This document shows positions 46,250 to 56,291 of a DNA stretch of 64,000 nt, piece after piece (within the stretch, counting starts at the first letter, position 1; the number at the start of each line of letters is the position of its first letter). The position numbers and the translations under genes were made by a program. Origin of the DNA: Bacteroidales bacterium (GTDB lineage: Bacteria > Bacteroidota > Bacteroidia > Bacteroidales > VadinHA17); contig DATKTA010000008.1 of the NCBI GenBank assembly GCA_035531395.1, positions 13,767 to 77,766 on the forward strand, given 5' to 3'. The notes beneath the pieces were generated by a model. It saw nothing but the letters and a program-made list of their open reading frames with translations, did no database searches and had not been told where the DNA came from.

Positions 46250-47494
46250 TCAGAACCTTTTAAACTCTGATCCCTCAAACAATTCAATATTCCTTTCAAT
46301 GATCTCAATTTTTCCTGAATCTTTAATCTCTTCAAGCACTGTATCCGATACATATAACTCTTCAAGATGGAGTGTATTCTTGATCCTGACTACTTTTTCC
46401 ATGCCTTTCTCTATAAATCCGCAACCCCTGAGTGCTATGCTTACTGCCTCCCTGTCGGTTTCAGCAATAACAGGAATTTTTATTCTTTCATAAAAGCTGC
46501 TTGTTATGCCATTTGTGTATGTAGATGGAAAATCGATCCTGTCAAAAAGCCTTCTTGGGATAACATCCGCCAGGCCTACACCAATGGCATTTCCGTGCGA
46601 TTCATTAGTGATATCAGCAATGATTATCGATTTAATTGCAGGACGGAGAGGCTCAGGTTGTCCATAGATCTTCATCCTTCCGATGATATTCGGATCGACT
46701 CCAACGCCGCTGAGGTTCTTGCCCATCTCATCAATTATCAGCAGATCAATAATATCTGCAGGAATATAAGGCATATTGTCTTTTGCAATTTTCAAAAGAG
46801 AAGGTTCCTTGTCAAAAAACTCATCTGACCTGAGTGCACTTACCATCATTGTATCGTCGAAAGCATTTTCCACAATTGCCAGACCTCCGATTATCTTTCC
46901 TGTTGAAATGATCTCTTTTGCAACAACAGGTATCAATTCAGCAAGACCGTAAACTCCATAACTGTGAATTGCAGAGGCCTGTTTCTCTTTCCCCAGTCCT
47001 ATGACAGTCATTTTTACCAGGCCGCTTTCGTAATTTCCATGATAATCGGTATGAGGCTTTATCCTGTTGACCAGGATGATGCCATCGGCCTGATATGCAT
47101 TTTTGTCAATAAAGACACCCACCGGTGAATCACCCCGGGGAAGTTCAACTACATCCATCGACGATCTGACCTGAACTCCGATAGTCTCCTCTGATATGCC
47201 ATAATCCTCCAATATCTGAGCCTGGTTTTCAGCAATGGCGTTACCATGACTTCCCATCGCCGGAACAATAAATGGGGTGGCATTACTGGCCCTCACAAAC
47301 TCAGCAATCTCTTTGACTATCAGGGCAATATTCTTAATTCCCCGGCTGCCAACTGCAATAGCAATATGGGAGCCAGGTTTTATGGCAGATTGCAGTTTCA
47401 ATAATTCACCTGACACTTCTCCTTTTGTGTCGGCAAGTCCATTTTTATTGAAATGCTGTCTTACTTTGGTTAGTTGATAGTTACTGTTATTCAC
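46250..47494 (-). CDS. LarA-N/DUF2088-DUF362 superfamily protein, a possible hydroxyacid racemase/epimerase-like enzyme
   Basis: The 414-aa layout (IAIAVGSRG.., VPAMGSHG, ADGIILVNRIKPHTDY) resembles lactate-racemase-domain proteins. The assignment is from memory only. The start codon is GTG. Confidence 0.35.
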   Translation of the reverse strand: MNNSNYQLTKVRQHFNKNGLADTKGEVSGELLKLQSAIKPGSHIAIAVGSRGIKNIALIVKEIAEFVRASNATPFIVPAMGSHGNAIAENQAQILEDYGISEETIGVQVRSSMDVVELPRGDSPVGVFIDKNAYQADGIILVNRIKPHTDYHGNYESGLVKMTVIGLGKEKQASAIHSYGVYGLAELIPVVAKEIISTGKIIGGLAIVENAFDDTMMVSALRSDEFFDKEPSLLKIAKDNMPYIPADIIDLLIIDEMGKNLSGVGVDPNIIGRMKIYGQPEPLRPAIKSIIIADITNESHGNAIGVGLADVIPRRLFDRIDFPSTYTNGITSSFYERIKIPVIAETDREAVSIALRGCGFIEKGMEKVVRIKNTLHLEELYVSDTVLEEIKDSGKIEIIERNIELFEGSEFKRF

Positions 47495-47621
47495 TGTGTT
47501 GATATATTAAATATTCAAAACTAATTTATAACCTCTTGGATTGCAATTTACAATCTATTGGATAATTAATCATAAACATTAATTTTATTATTGATTACCG
47601 ATAGCCATAAAATATAAAGAT

Positions 47622-49034
47622 ATGCATCAATTTCAAAAATTACTTGGCATTACAGCCCTCTCATTTATAACGGGTCATCATGCTGAGGGGCAAAAGCCAA
47701 ATATCATTTTCATCCTGGCAGATGATCTGGGCTGGGCTGACCTTCCGGCTTATGGACATAAATCAGTTATAGCACATGGTGGATGGACCGTTTACGGTGA
47801 ATTGAAAATGCCTAATCTCGACCGACTTGCAAGTGAAGGGACAATATTCTCTCAGTACTATGTTAATTCAGGGGTATCTTCTCCCTCAAGAACTGGAATT
47901 ATGACCGGTCAATTCCCTGGCAGGCTTGCAATACACGACTATATTGCCGATCATGAACTTAACCTGAAACGTGGTATGCCGGACTATTTAAATCCGGCTG
48001 TATCTACTATTACAAAACTTTTAAAAACAGGAGGATACAGGACCGGCCATTTTGGAAAATGGCATCTCGGAAGCGGAAATGTTTCGCCAAAACCTGAGGA
48101 ATACGGAATAGACATTTTCAAAACCTGTCTGGATGGTCCGATGAAACGAGTCGGTTCAACAGAGATGATTGCAGATGAGACTATTAAGTTTATTGAAGCC
48201 AGCGGTAATAATCCATTCTATATCAATGTCTGGCTTTACGATCCGCACTCTCCTCTTCATCCAACCGAAAAAATGATGGAACCATATAAAAATCTATCTC
48301 CCGGCTGGGGTGATCAGAAAGGGGCACTTGAGGTCTGGTACGCTGTACTTTCTGATATTGACCGACATGTAGGGCGTATCATGGATAAGCTTGACGAACT
48401 CGGCCTCAGTAAAAATACTATTGTGGTCTTTACCAGTGACAATGGTCCCGAATCAGGTTTGTTTCCTTTTACTTCTCATTACGGAGGAGCAAGCAGTACC
48501 GATACCGGGCCGTTTCGGGGTATTAAAAGAAGTCTTTATGAGGGAGGTGTCCGCGAACCGTTCATTGTACGGTGGCCTGGCAATACACCTGCAGGTAAAG
48601 TTGATAACGCCTCAGTTATCAGCGGGGTTGATATTCTTCCCACGTTTTGTGATCTAGCAGGTATAAAACTTCCCCGTAATGTTATTTTTGACGGAGAAAA
48701 CATTTCTCCGGTATTAAAAGGTACACCAACAGAAAGAACTAAACCGCTCATGTGGGAAAACAGGTTTCCTGTTTACGGTCATACTATTCACAAAAGTCCC
48801 ATTCTGGCAATCAGGCTTGGTGACTGGAAACTGTTAATGAATCCCGACTCAGACAGGGTAGAGCTTTATGATATTTCCATTGATCCCACCGAACTTAATA
48901 ACTGTGCCGGACTGAAACCTGATATTGTCAGAGATTTATCATCGCAGTTGTTGAAGTGGAGTTCTTTGCTTCCTGAAGGTCCGGTCGATAAAGACGCGGG
49001 TTCAAATGCATACCCATGGCCTCAAAGCCGGTGA
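47622..49034 (+). CDS. Sulfatase (arylsulfatase A family), Ser-type formylglycine motif
   Basis: It has a signal peptide and the motif PNIIFILADDLGWADL. The active-site motif SSPSRTGIMTGQ has Ser rather than Cys at the FGly position. Confidence 0.85.
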   Translation: MHQFQKLLGITALSFITGHHAEGQKPNIIFILADDLGWADLPAYGHKSVIAHGGWTVYGELKMPNLDRLASEGTIFSQYYVNSGVSSPSRTGIMTGQFPGRLAIHDYIADHELNLKRGMPDYLNPAVSTITKLLKTGGYRTGHFGKWHLGSGNVSPKPEEYGIDIFKTCLDGPMKRVGSTEMIADETIKFIEASGNNPFYINVWLYDPHSPLHPTEKMMEPYKNLSPGWGDQKGALEVWYAVLSDIDRHVGRIMDKLDELGLSKNTIVVFTSDNGPESGLFPFTSHYGGASSTDTGPFRGIKRSLYEGGVREPFIVRWPGNTPAGKVDNASVISGVDILPTFCDLAGIKLPRNVIFDGENISPVLKGTPTERTKPLMWENRFPVYGHTIHKSPILAIRLGDWKLLMNPDSDRVELYDISIDPTELNNCAGLKPDIVRDLSSQLLKWSSLLPEGPVDKDAGSNAYPWPQSR

Positions 49035-49040
49035 CATTGA

Positions 49041-50378
49041 TCAAAGAATGATGAGGCTGATCAACCAGACAGCCACAGACGCTACAAATCCGATGGTAAA
49101 GGTGCCGAGTGTCTGCATTTTATATCCCTGGTTGACATTCATTTTTGAGAGCTGTGTGACCACCCAGAAATAGCTGTCGTTAACATGACTTGCCATAAGT
49201 GAACCTGATCCAAGAGCAACAACAACCAGCGCTTTTGCCATTGGAGTATCCATTCCAAGAGGAGAAATAAGCGGAGCCATAAGGCTTGCTCCGGTGATAA
49301 TTGCCACAGTTCCCGATCCCTGGGCTGTTTTGAAAGAGGCTGCAATAAGTATCGGTAATAATATGCCTAGACTCCTGGCACTTCCCAGGTTATCCTTAAT
49401 GAAATCCCCGAGCCCCGAGTTTTGAAGCACCTGACCGAATGCCCCTCCGCATCCTGTGATAATGATAATAGTTGCAGCTGCCAGAACTGCCTCCCCAACC
49501 CATCCGGCAGGTGAGATCATTTCTTTTGTTAGTTTCTTTGGCAGAAGAAAGGCTAGCAAAACACCGATCAGAAGGGCAATTACAGGCTGGCCAAGAAAAG
49601 CCAATAAAGCTGAAATATTCCCTGACCCGAAGGGAGAAGATGGAAGTAATGCCACTGATCGTAGAATAATCAGCACTATCGGAACAAAAATAGGGAGAAG
49701 AGATTTTCCGGCAGAGGGTTTCTCTGTTATTTCCTCTGTTTTGATTATATTATCGTCCTTATATTCATACCTTATTTTTGGTACTACCTTGGTTGCAAAA
49801 AGCCATCCTGCCAGAAGAGCAGTAAGACTGACCGGAATACCCAGGATCATTATAAGCCCAAGATCGGCATTGAGTATACCGGCAGCACCAACTGGCCCGG
49901 GAGTGGGAGGGATGATAGAATGAGTAGTGATCAGACCTAGACTTAATGCAATGGCACCTACAGCAAATGATATTTTTGCCTGCTTTGTCATTGCCTTTGC
50001 AAGAGGTGAAATAACAATGAATCCTGAATCGCAGAATACAGGAATACTGATAACATAACCAATAATTCCCATTGCCAATGGAACATTCTTTTCACCTGTT
50101 ACCTTCAGGGTGCTTCTTGCAAGAGCATGAGCTCCTCCGGATTTCTCAAGAAAGGTTCCTATAATTGACCCGGCAAGTATCACGATACCAATATACCCCA
50201 CAGTGTTACCAAAGCCTGTATTGACTGATTTTACAACCTGGTCAAGCGTCATTGTTCCGGAGAAAGCTCCGAATCCCAGTGCCGCAATCAGCAGTGACAG
50301 AAACGGATGCCACTTGAATTTAACAGTAGTAACAATAATAAACGTAATCGCCAGAAATAATAAAATTATCAGCCACAT
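49041..50378 (-). CDS. GntP-family permease (gluconate/acid-sugar:H+ symporter)
   Basis: The 445-aa polytopic protein has GntP-like N- and C-terminal segments (KFKWHPFLSLLIAAL; NDSYFWVV). Confidence 0.8.
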   Translation of the reverse strand: MWLIILLFLAITFIIVTTVKFKWHPFLSLLIAALGFGAFSGTMTLDQVVKSVNTGFGNTVGYIGIVILAGSIIGTFLEKSGGAHALARSTLKVTGEKNVPLAMGIIGYVISIPVFCDSGFIVISPLAKAMTKQAKISFAVGAIALSLGLITTHSIIPPTPGPVGAAGILNADLGLIMILGIPVSLTALLAGWLFATKVVPKIRYEYKDDNIIKTEEITEKPSAGKSLLPIFVPIVLIILRSVALLPSSPFGSGNISALLAFLGQPVIALLIGVLLAFLLPKKLTKEMISPAGWVGEAVLAAATIIIITGCGGAFGQVLQNSGLGDFIKDNLGSARSLGILLPILIAASFKTAQGSGTVAIITGASLMAPLISPLGMDTPMAKALVVVALGSGSLMASHVNDSYFWVVTQLSKMNVNQGYKMQTLGTFTIGFVASVAVWLISLIIL

Positions 50379-50457
50379 ATTATGAGTTCATAAAGTTGAA
50401 AGTTATAAAGTTTAAAAATTTATTATGCCTTTGCACCTTTGCACCTCAACAACCTTT

Positions 50458-52035
50458 CTACCTGTAACTATGCCTACTTGCCTTCCACTCAGCTATTCCA
50501 TATTCACTAAGACTTGCTTCTCCTTCCATAGTGTCACCGGTAACTTTACCGGTGAATTCCATATTGATACGTGCTCCCCCTTCAGTATAAGAGCTTCTCA
50601 TAACTATTTCATTACCATAGAGTGATCCCTTAAGATCACGTTTGCCTATTGCAGCAAAATGAGTACCCTGGAGATCATTTTCTTTCTGTTCAATTACTAG
50701 ATTTTGTTTTACGATACTGGCATAAAACTTCATTTCAAGATCCCATTGTCCTCTAATATCGAAGGCTGGTTGCCCTGCCGGTTTATTAATGACAGGAGGT
50801 TTTGACAGTATTTCATAAACGCGTTCAGCAATGATCTTTTCATCTCCATCTGCCAGTTGTGATGAATTAATTGTAATTTCCGGTTTCATGTTAGGAGGGA
50901 AGGGAAGGAAGCTCCCTGCGCCGCTGACAGCAACCCTTGGATTACCATCCCAAAGTAGCTTCTCTGCATCCCGTCCTGTAATATCAATTTTGGATTCATC
51001 CCACTGAACAGTAAGATTAGGACTGGGATTGGAGCGTCCTGCAGTCTGCCGGATAGAGACACTGACACCAGGTATATTCTTAAGTCTGTCAGCAACATAC
51101 TGAAGTCTTGATGTCCATTTCTCTTTTTCTGCTTCATGGTTCCTCTTAAACCACATCTCAACTGCTGTAAGCATTCCCATGATCTCTTCCCGGCCTACTT
51201 TGAATCCACGTCCAAACCCATGATGTGGACCGGTGTTCATCCTGGCAGCCATAATCAGATCTTTACGACCAATAAGCAGTCCTGCACACTGAGGCCCGTT
51301 CAGATACTTGCCTCCGCTGTATGCCACCAGGTCAGCCCCCTGCATAATGTGTGGGTTGGGAACCTCCAGTCCCTCTGCTGCTGCATCCACTACTACCGGG
51401 ATACCATGTGGTTTTGCTAAAGATGAAATCTCTCTTAACGACATAGGCCCTTCTTCGGACCGGTTCCCGGCGAGTACCATTATCATTGCTGTCCGTGGAC
51501 CAAGTGCATTGCGTAGTTCATTCATATCCGAAACCTGCACCATTCTTACACCAACAGCTCTGGCGGCTGCATCATACGCCGATCTTGAATATGCAGGAAT
51601 AATGACTTCATCTTTCATTCCTGTCAGGTCAGGTATTATCCATATCTTATCAGGATCGCCTCCTGTGACGCAACCAGCTGTTGCTGCAGTCAATGCAGCA
51701 GAAGCTCCTGCAGTGATACAACCCGATTCAGCACCAGTAAGTTCAGCAAGTCTTCTCCCGACACCATCCATCAGCTCATCGATCTGAACATAGTTGAGAA
51801 CTGCTTCGTCCATTGCTTTTTGTACTTCCGGAAGAATACGGCTGGCGCCCAGTACCGTTATTGTTCCGCGGGCATTAATGACAGGACGAACACCTATTGA
51901 CTCATAAGTGCTTTTTACTGCCTTTGGCGCTGACTTTGTATCCTTTGAAGTGATAACTTTCTGCAGTGATGAATTTCCAAATACTCCTGCTATTGGCAGA
52001 ACTGATAATCCCTTTATTGCTTCTCGTCTTTTCAT
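50458..52035 (-). CDS. SelA-like / DgaE-like PLP-dependent enzyme with an N-terminal TAT-like signal and a ~130-aa C-terminal extension
   Basis: The N-terminus is MKRREAIKGLSVLPIAG. The PLP-lysine region is YSGGKYLNGPQCAGLLIGRKD. No SelA tRNA-binding N-domain is present. Confidence 0.65.
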   Translation of the reverse strand: MKRREAIKGLSVLPIAGVFGNSSLQKVITSKDTKSAPKAVKSTYESIGVRPVINARGTITVLGASRILPEVQKAMDEAVLNYVQIDELMDGVGRRLAELTGAESGCITAGASAALTAATAGCVTGGDPDKIWIIPDLTGMKDEVIIPAYSRSAYDAAARAVGVRMVQVSDMNELRNALGPRTAMIMVLAGNRSEEGPMSLREISSLAKPHGIPVVVDAAAEGLEVPNPHIMQGADLVAYSGGKYLNGPQCAGLLIGRKDLIMAARMNTGPHHGFGRGFKVGREEIMGMLTAVEMWFKRNHEAEKEKWTSRLQYVADRLKNIPGVSVSIRQTAGRSNPSPNLTVQWDESKIDITGRDAEKLLWDGNPRVAVSGAGSFLPFPPNMKPEITINSSQLADGDEKIIAERVYEILSKPPVINKPAGQPAFDIRGQWDLEMKFYASIVKQNLVIEQKENDLQGTHFAAIGKRDLKGSLYGNEIVMRSSYTEGGARINMEFTGKVTGDTMEGEASLSEYGIAEWKASRHSYR

Positions 52036-52092
52036 AAAAATCAGTTTTGTTACTGTTGCACAATTTGATATTTCAATTTCACCTTATTTAAT

Positions 52093-53397
52093 CTATTTGA
52101 AGATCATTTTATAATCCTCTTTAGCAGCGATTCCATTCAGATCCCAAACTACTTCACCACCTTTAATAGTCAGTTCACATTCGATCTTTTCAGCACCGGT
52201 CATGCGGGTATTTGTTATATCCAGCCAGCCGAAATTTCCTTTGACAATTCTTAATACAGCGACATCAGCCACTGCATCTGCCGACAGGTGACCAAGATCA
52301 GGGCGCTTACACATTTGAGCAGGATTCCAGGTTGTCATTTTTATAATATCCTGAAGAGAAATGCCCATATTCATGATTTTTGACATGACATTATTTAAAT
52401 CTTTCATGGCATGATTCACATCCTCGGCATGAAGGTCTGTTGAAATTGCATCAGGCCACCATCCTGCCTTTATAGCCGGAACTACTATTGGGAAGTTGAA
52501 GTTACCAAGTCCATGTCCGATATCAAAAAACACTCCTCGTTTACGGGCTTCTGCAAGATAGGGTAGTAGTTTGCCGTTCTCATCAAAAAGGGGAACCTCT
52601 CTCTTGTACATATGTGTAGAGATATCACCTGGGCGGAGTTTTTTAAGAACAAGTTCCTGGTAAGGACGATCCTCGGGCCAGAATTTACCGAAATCTACCA
52701 TAACGGGCAAATCAGCAAGACGTCCCGCTTCAATTGCCCTTTCCACGTTTGTCCATTCTTTTCCCTGCCATTGAACTGTCTTTATTCCAACAATAATTCC
52801 AGGGTACTCTTTTGCAATTTTAGCTGTCATTTCCGGATTCATGTCCGCCACATTCTGAGAGAGTTCCTGCCCTGATAATCCAAGTCCGACGATATTTAAT
52901 CTTACCAGTACCCTGGTATGTGAGATAGCAATAACACCTTCATAGAATTGTTTGAAGTTACGCCAGCCTGAGCTGCCGCAGTCGACTATGGTTGTGGTTC
53001 CCGTCCTGAATGTGAAACCGTCAGGAAAAACACTGTATTCACCATTAGCATGAGCTCCAAGTACTGTCCCGGCGAATAAATGACTGTGATTATCAATCAG
53101 ACCTGGAACCACATAAAGTCCTGTGACATCAATGACCTTTTTAGCATTTTTTGCAGGAATATTGGTTTCAATTTTTACAATTTTCCCATTGACTATTGCC
53201 AAGTCTGAGAGGCTGTTCATGTTGTTTTTAGGATCTATTACAGTCCCTCCTTTAAGCAGAATATCATATTGCTGTGCATTTGCCTGGTTAATGGTAATAA
53301 GTTGCAGCCAGATCAAAATGATCATTAAGCTGCTGCTATTAAATGTTCTGTAAATCCTGTCTCCTTGTTTCATTTTGTTTGTTTTGCAGGGATTCAT
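52093..53397 (-). CDS. Amidohydrolase-superfamily metallohydrolase (dihydroorotase/deacetylase-like) with a signal peptide
   Basis: The signal region is LMIILIWLQLITINQANA. The motif PGLIDNHSHLF is the HxH metal site, and the N-terminal segment ILLKGGTVIDP is also present. Confidence 0.75.
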   Translation of the reverse strand: MNPCKTNKMKQGDRIYRTFNSSSLMIILIWLQLITINQANAQQYDILLKGGTVIDPKNNMNSLSDLAIVNGKIVKIETNIPAKNAKKVIDVTGLYVVPGLIDNHSHLFAGTVLGAHANGEYSVFPDGFTFRTGTTTIVDCGSSGWRNFKQFYEGVIAISHTRVLVRLNIVGLGLSGQELSQNVADMNPEMTAKIAKEYPGIIVGIKTVQWQGKEWTNVERAIEAGRLADLPVMVDFGKFWPEDRPYQELVLKKLRPGDISTHMYKREVPLFDENGKLLPYLAEARKRGVFFDIGHGLGNFNFPIVVPAIKAGWWPDAISTDLHAEDVNHAMKDLNNVMSKIMNMGISLQDIIKMTTWNPAQMCKRPDLGHLSADAVADVAVLRIVKGNFGWLDITNTRMTGAEKIECELTIKGGEVVWDLNGIAAKEDYKMIFK

Positions 53398-53661
53398 ACC
53401 ATTATTCTGATACCGATATTAATAAACTAAAAGTAAGAAAAATCCATTTAACCTGTCTTTTTCTTCATTACAGAGCATTATTTAACTCTGATTTAGATTA
53501 ATGCTATTTAAGTGCCTGATAAATAATATTTTATAATTGTTTTGTAATGAGTTATAACTGGCTGGTTCCAACACGTGAAATAAATTAACAAATTGTAACA
53601 GAAAAGAACGAGGCATCTATTGGATTTTTAGATTATTTTTGGATAATAAACTCCCTCCAGG

Positions 53662-54786
53662 ATGAAAATGATTGCAGGCATCTGTTTGAATCTCATTCTT
53701 CTGTTCACTTGTTCTGAGCTAATATTATGCAATGAAAATAATCCTGATGAACAATTAGGTTTTCTGTTTCAAAGTGGGACCAATGGCTATAATACTTTCA
53801 GGATACCTGCCATAATCACTACGAGGAATGGAATTATTCTGGCTTTTGCCGAAGGGAGGAAAAATACCTCTTCAGATACCGGAGATATTGATCTGGTAAT
53901 GAAACGCTCAGAGGATAACGGCAAAACTTGGAGTGATCTTTTTGTAATTTGGGATGATGGTGAAAATGTCTGTGGTAATCCGGCGCCTGTTCAGGATGCA
54001 AGAACCGGTAAAATATTTCTTCTCTCCACATGGAATCTTGGTAGTGATCATGAACCAAAGATCATAGATCAGACAAGCAGAGATACCAGAAGGGTATACC
54101 TGCTGGTTTCTTCAGATGACGGGTTAACCTGGTCGGAACCCGATGAGATAACTCCATCAGTAAAGCTCGAAAACTGGACCTGGTATGCAACCGGACCCTG
54201 CCATGGCATACAGGTAAGGGAAGGTGAATATAAAGGACGCCTTATAATACCATGCGATCATATAGAAGCTGTTACAGGTAAATATTTTTCACATATTATC
54301 TACTCAGACAACAACGGAAAGACCTGGAGCCTGGGAGGAACAACACCTCAGGACCAGGTAAATGAGTGTTCAGTTGCAGAGCTTTCCGGCGGTAGATTAA
54401 TGCTTAATATGCGTAATTATGACCGAACACAGAAAACACGAAAGGTCTCAGTCAGCAATGATGGAGGTTTGTCATGGAGTAATATCTGGTCCGATCCGGT
54501 TCTGATTGAACCTATATGCCAGGCCAGCCTGCTGTATTACCCTGTAAAGAAAATGCTGCTTTTTACCAATCCTGCAAGCGAAGAAACAAGGGGAAAAATG
54601 ACTCTTCGGATTAGCTATGATGAGGGCAAAACATGGTCTTTATCACAGGTTCTTCATGAGGGGCCTGCTGCATATTCAGATATCTCAATACTCAGGACCG
54701 GGGAGCTTGCTTGTTTTTATGAGGCGGGTGAAAAATCACCTTACGAGGGGATTGTATTTAAAATAGTTCCAATTAAAAAGAACTGA
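53662..54786 (+). CDS. GH33 exo-alpha-sialidase
   Basis: The FRIP motif ([10 protein letters not shown]) is present with five Asp-boxes: [36 protein letters not shown] and SYDEGKTWS. Confidence 0.9.
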   Translation: MKMIAGICLNLILLFTCSELILCNENNPDEQLGFLFQSGTNGYNTFRIPAIITTRNGIILAFAEGRKNTSSDTGDIDLVMKRSEDNGKTWSDLFVIWDDGENVCGNPAPVQDARTGKIFLLSTWNLGSDHEPKIIDQTSRDTRRVYLLVSSDDGLTWSEPDEITPSVKLENWTWYATGPCHGIQVREGEYKGRLIIPCDHIEAVTGKYFSHIIYSDNNGKTWSLGGTTPQDQVNECSVAELSGGRLMLNMRNYDRTQKTRKVSVSNDGGLSWSNIWSDPVLIEPICQASLLYYPVKKMLLFTNPASEETRGKMTLRISYDEGKTWSLSQVLHEGPAAYSDISILRTGELACFYEAGEKSPYEGIVFKIVPIKKN

Positions 54787-54812
54787 ATTATCAATTTATA
54801 ATTCCTTGGGTT

Positions 54813-56288
54813 ATGATGAAAATAATACTTATCATTTTTCTTAATTTCTGCTTTTATACGTCTGATTATAATTTATTTGCCACTTGTAATGCAGCGGATG
54901 GATTTAACAATGACAGTTCATCAGGTTTTACCGATGCTGAAAGCTTTGGCTTTCTGCCGGGAGCAACCGGATCAGATAACACAATAGCCCTGCAAAAGGC
55001 TGTGGACCAGACCGGAACTGTGGTAGTCAGTAAGCCGGGAGTTTACAAAATGGCCGGAACAGTATATATAGGAAGTAATACCTCATTGATCTTTGGCAAT
55101 AATGTCTTCCTTAAGAAAGTGAATGAAAAGGGGGAATTTTCGCATGTGATCGTAAATAAGGGAGCCAGGACAAAAACATTTGATCACGATATCACTGTTG
55201 AAGGATTGCAGATCATTGTGAACGGTATGGATGTGCTGAAGTTTGAGGAAGCATATGGTCTTCACGGACAGCTGGCGTTTTTCTACATAAAAGACCTTCG
55301 TATAAAAAAGTTCAGATGTATGGATCTTGGGAAGGTACAGTATGGCATTCATATCTGCACCTTTGAAGATGTTATTGTCGATGATGTTAAAATAGAGGGA
55401 GATAAGGATGGTGTTCATCTGGGAAGAGGAAAAAGGTTCAGGATCAGCAACGGGGTTTTCAGGACATACGACGATGCAATTGCCCTCAATGGCCATGATT
55501 ATTCGGTCGGCAATCCGGAACTGGGATGGATCGAGGACGGTGTGATTGAAAACTGCTATGATCTTGATGATGGGAAGAAACCAATAGGTTATTTTTGCCG
55601 GATACTTGCCGGAGCCTGGACTGACTGGAAAGAGGGAATGGAAGTCCAGCAATCGGATGCTGTGGTCTCTGAAGGAAGAATATACCGTGTTCAGGCAAAA
55701 CCGGATGGTACGAAGTATATTTCAAAGATCAGGCCGGTTCATGAAACAGGCAGTGAAACCCTTGATGGTATACCATGGGGTGTTGTTCAGAACGATATTA
55801 CATATACTGCCGGTGTAAGAAATGTTGTCTTTCGCGATATCTTTCTCGAAAAACCGCGAACCGGTTTTTCAGTACATTTCGATAATGACCGGTACAGCCG
55901 TTCCTATTATCCGGGATCTGAAATACCAAGGCAGGAACAATTGCTCTTCGACAATATAAGGGTGATTAATGTACAACCGGTGATCCTGATGGATATAGGA
56001 ACGCCGGTTGATGTTCTTACAATTACCAATTCAACTTTTCGCAACAGCAGGATCAATTTTCACGGTAATAAGGCTATGCCCGATTATCTTAATACAATAA
56101 TCAACATAACCGGATGTGTTTTTAATTTCAGTGGAAACCTCGATCTTGTGACCAACAACGTGGAGAATAAAGAGATTCTCTTAAAGACCTCTTCAAATAC
56201 AGAGCTATATGATGATTTCAAAGCTAATGTGATACCCGGTAACGGAAAAATAACAGTTAAGTCAGACCTGACCGGTTTAATTAAATGA
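54813..56288 (+). CDS. Right-handed beta-helix protein (pectate-lyase-3 / GH28-related superfamily)
   Basis: The N-terminal segment FGFLPGATGSDNTIALQKAVDQTGTVVVSKPGVY is typical of Pectate_lyase_3 domains. Confidence 0.5.
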   Translation: MMKIILIIFLNFCFYTSDYNLFATCNAADGFNNDSSSGFTDAESFGFLPGATGSDNTIALQKAVDQTGTVVVSKPGVYKMAGTVYIGSNTSLIFGNNVFLKKVNEKGEFSHVIVNKGARTKTFDHDITVEGLQIIVNGMDVLKFEEAYGLHGQLAFFYIKDLRIKKFRCMDLGKVQYGIHICTFEDVIVDDVKIEGDKDGVHLGRGKRFRISNGVFRTYDDAIALNGHDYSVGNPELGWIEDGVIENCYDLDDGKKPIGYFCRILAGAWTDWKEGMEVQQSDAVVSEGRIYRVQAKPDGTKYISKIRPVHETGSETLDGIPWGVVQNDITYTAGVRNVVFRDIFLEKPRTGFSVHFDNDRYSRSYYPGSEIPRQEQLLFDNIRVINVQPVILMDIGTPVDVLTITNSTFRNSRINFHGNKAMPDYLNTIINITGCVFNFSGNLDLVTNNVENKEILLKTSSNTELYDDFKANVIPGNGKITVKSDLTGLIK

Positions 56289-56291
56289 TTT

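Noticed and set aside
50458-52035. Selenocysteine synthase SelA, implying a selenoprotein system
   Set aside because: The protein lacks the SelA N-terminal tRNA-binding region, carries an export-type leader and an unrelated C-terminal extension, and no selB, selD or SECIS context is seen. It is more likely a DgaE-like PLP lyase or transferase.
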